DNA of 64,000 nucleotides. Origin: Eledone cirrhosa. Its lineage: Eukaryota. The notes under the pieces were generated by a model that made no database searches, was not told where the DNA came from, and was given only the letters and a program-made list of their open reading frames with translations. Within the stretch, counting starts at the first letter, position 1, and each line of letters starts with the position of its first letter. Where the stretch lies: the NCBI GenBank assembly GCA_964016885.1, contig OZ024742.1:374604001-374668000 (forward strand), read 5' to 3'. The translations under genes and the position numbers were made by a program. This document shows positions 61,936 to 64,000 of this stretch, in pieces.

Positions 61936-62825
61936 CTAGCAGCGGGACCTGGCATTGCACAGGGTAGGAAACGTGAAATAGCAACACGCATATGCAAAGA
62001 TTGAGGAATGTAGCTGTGTACTTTTTGAATTCCCTTATTCTCGGGGAATGATTGAGGAGCGACGTAGTCATTTGTGTGAAAGCCAAGTTGGGATGTACGT
62101 TTAAGTAGGGATATTGAGATGACGAAATCAGTGTGGCAATGCAGGTGCATCAGAAGGGGGTCATAGTGCAATTAGCACGAACGCTGGGCGGCACTGGTTG
62201 CACTGCGTTTACACAGCAACAAAGGGGTCACCACGGAATTGGCACAACCGCTGTTCGGCATACTTGCGCAGGTCATTCATACTGCAGTCTAGGTGCAACA
62301 ACAGGGGTCTTAGTAGAAGTAGCACAGAGGTGAGTTTTACGGTGTCAATAACACGACAATGTACACAGGACCCGGATTTGCGCGTGATGAAAGCATGAAG
62401 CGTCAACAGGGCGCCGACAAAAATTTTAAGGTCCTCCTCATTTCCTCAATCCCCTGAAAATGGTCCTGCTTAAAAGTAAGTGTTGTGTCCTCTGTTAAAT
62501 AAACCAAATTTTTAACGAAATATTATATGCTACTTACGATGTTTAAGTAGGATTTATATTGAAAATGAAAATGGCATGTAATGGCCAATACTAATTCGTA
62601 AATTTCCTAGAAACCATAATGGAATCGGAAGAGGGGATTAACTAATGTGTGTTGCAAATTTTGAGGAAATTGGCTGGATTATCTTTAAGTTACACCTCAA
62701 AAAAGCCTAAAAATGACTAAAAAATGTGGTTTTCGCCTAATGCTAGGGCAAAGTTTGAAAAAAATTGGTTGGGTATTTCTTGAGTTTTAGGGATTTACAC
62801 AGACATCCTCTGTTTTATATATAGA
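61936..62825 (-). mobile_element. Non-autonomous Helitron-like element
   Basis: Minus strand: A|TCTATATATAAAAC ... subterminal hairpin ACCCTGTGCAATGCCAGGT ... CTAG|T. These are canonical 5'-TC and CTRR-3' ends between A and T, with no TSD. Confidence 0.65.
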
Positions 62826-63149
62826 TATATATATATAGATGTACAGTGGGACATCGGTTCACAAATGCCTCTTATCATGAACAAATCAGTTCATGAAAAG
62901 TGTATTGAGTAACGAACACGTGAGTCGGCAACAACGGTTGACAACAAGCTTGGAGTATCGGCAGGAAAGTATCACTTTCTATATAGTAAGTTACTATGGT
63001 GATATCTGTCTTTCACATGCAGTCTCTCTCTCTCTCACTGTATTTCTCTCTCAACATTCGTATGGGAAAAGTAGTTTTGGTTTATGAACATTTTGGGGGA
63101 TGAATGGATTGTCATATTATGAGGGTTAGATGGATTATCACATTATGAG

Positions 63150-63345
63150 GCTAGCCTAGTCAGGTGACGATATCTTGCTCATACAGATCTCTTTTTGGTT
63201 TGGTTTCTATGATTGGATGCCCTTCCTAATGCCAACCACATTACTGTATGAACTAGGAGATTTATTTTTGTGACACCACCACTACCACTTTACAGGGTGG
63301 ACTGGGTGTTTTTCCTCATGGCACCAGAACAGCCACCTAACCGGG
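63150..63345 (-). mobile_element. Degenerate RTE-tail element
   Basis: TCTTGCTCATACAG...GGATGCCCTTCCTAATGCCAACCAC...ACCACTTTACAGGGTGGACTGGGTG. Confidence 0.6.
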
Positions 63346-64000
63346 TGGATAGTATGCTTCTTGTCATGGAAAGCAGGCATGAAGCATGTCTAGCTTTCCA
63401 TATATGCATGGGTTGGATAGATGTATATCAGAGCAATGGATGGCAGGTGTGTGTTGGTGGGGGTACATCCTCATCATCATTAAATATCTATTATATATCA
63501 TTCCCATGTGCACATGGGTCAGATAAGCTGTCATGCTTTGAGACTAGGCCAGGCAGGAGACCACATCTAGTTCGTACCTTCTGTTTTTGTTTTGGCATGG
63601 CCTCTTCTATCACAAGTCTTTTTGAATCCTACCCAAGTATTTTATCCTGGTACAAGGCATGTTAGTATGGGTTGGATGTGTTGGGGTGCATCCATCTTTG
63701 TATGTTGATATAGGTGTCTGTTTGTGTGGGCAGGTGAATGATGCCTGTCCATGCCAGAGGGAGATGGACAAGCAGTGCGGAAACTATCTTTTCCTACTGG
63801 CAAGAGTTGTTGGGTGTTCAATGTGGGGGAAGGGATGGAGGAAGTGAGTGAGGGAGGACTAAGGGGAGATACTTGGATAATGAAGTGATGTGGAGGAATT
63901 ATGGAGGATGGAGATTGAGGAAATAGTTAGGGTGCTTAGACAATAAGGTGGGGGTTAGTTTGCAGGATGGGGATGGAGTAAATAAGTGAGGGAGATCTAA

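Overview
This is AT-rich eukaryotic DNA that is almost entirely repetitive. The repeat vocabulary looks cephalopod (Octopus-like), which is an inference from memory and not a search result. I found no host protein-coding gene, rRNA, functional tRNA or CRISPR array. The window holds many RTE-clade LINE copies from two young subfamilies plus older ones, all with (ATG)n tails and mostly sitting in (TA)n tracts. It also holds two CR1-group LINE families, a Penelope-like GIY-YIG fragment, one complete but mutated 4.1-kb LTR retrotransposon with a 5-bp TSD, tRNA-derived SINEs, mariner-type and TTAA-flanked MITEs, a Helitron-like element, and 21, 47, 39, 30, 22 and 48-bp tandem repeats. Four things stand out. 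(1) Minimal hammerhead-ribozyme motifs occur, including two carried in a 116-bp fold-back and a homologue with a structure-preserving stem. (2) The RTE reverse transcriptase contains a C4HC3 PHD-type finger, and these elements appear to target (TA)n. (3) The LTR element has a -1 frameshift signal but no tRNA primer-binding site. (4) RTE 3' UTR sequence appears to be giving rise to a minisatellite.
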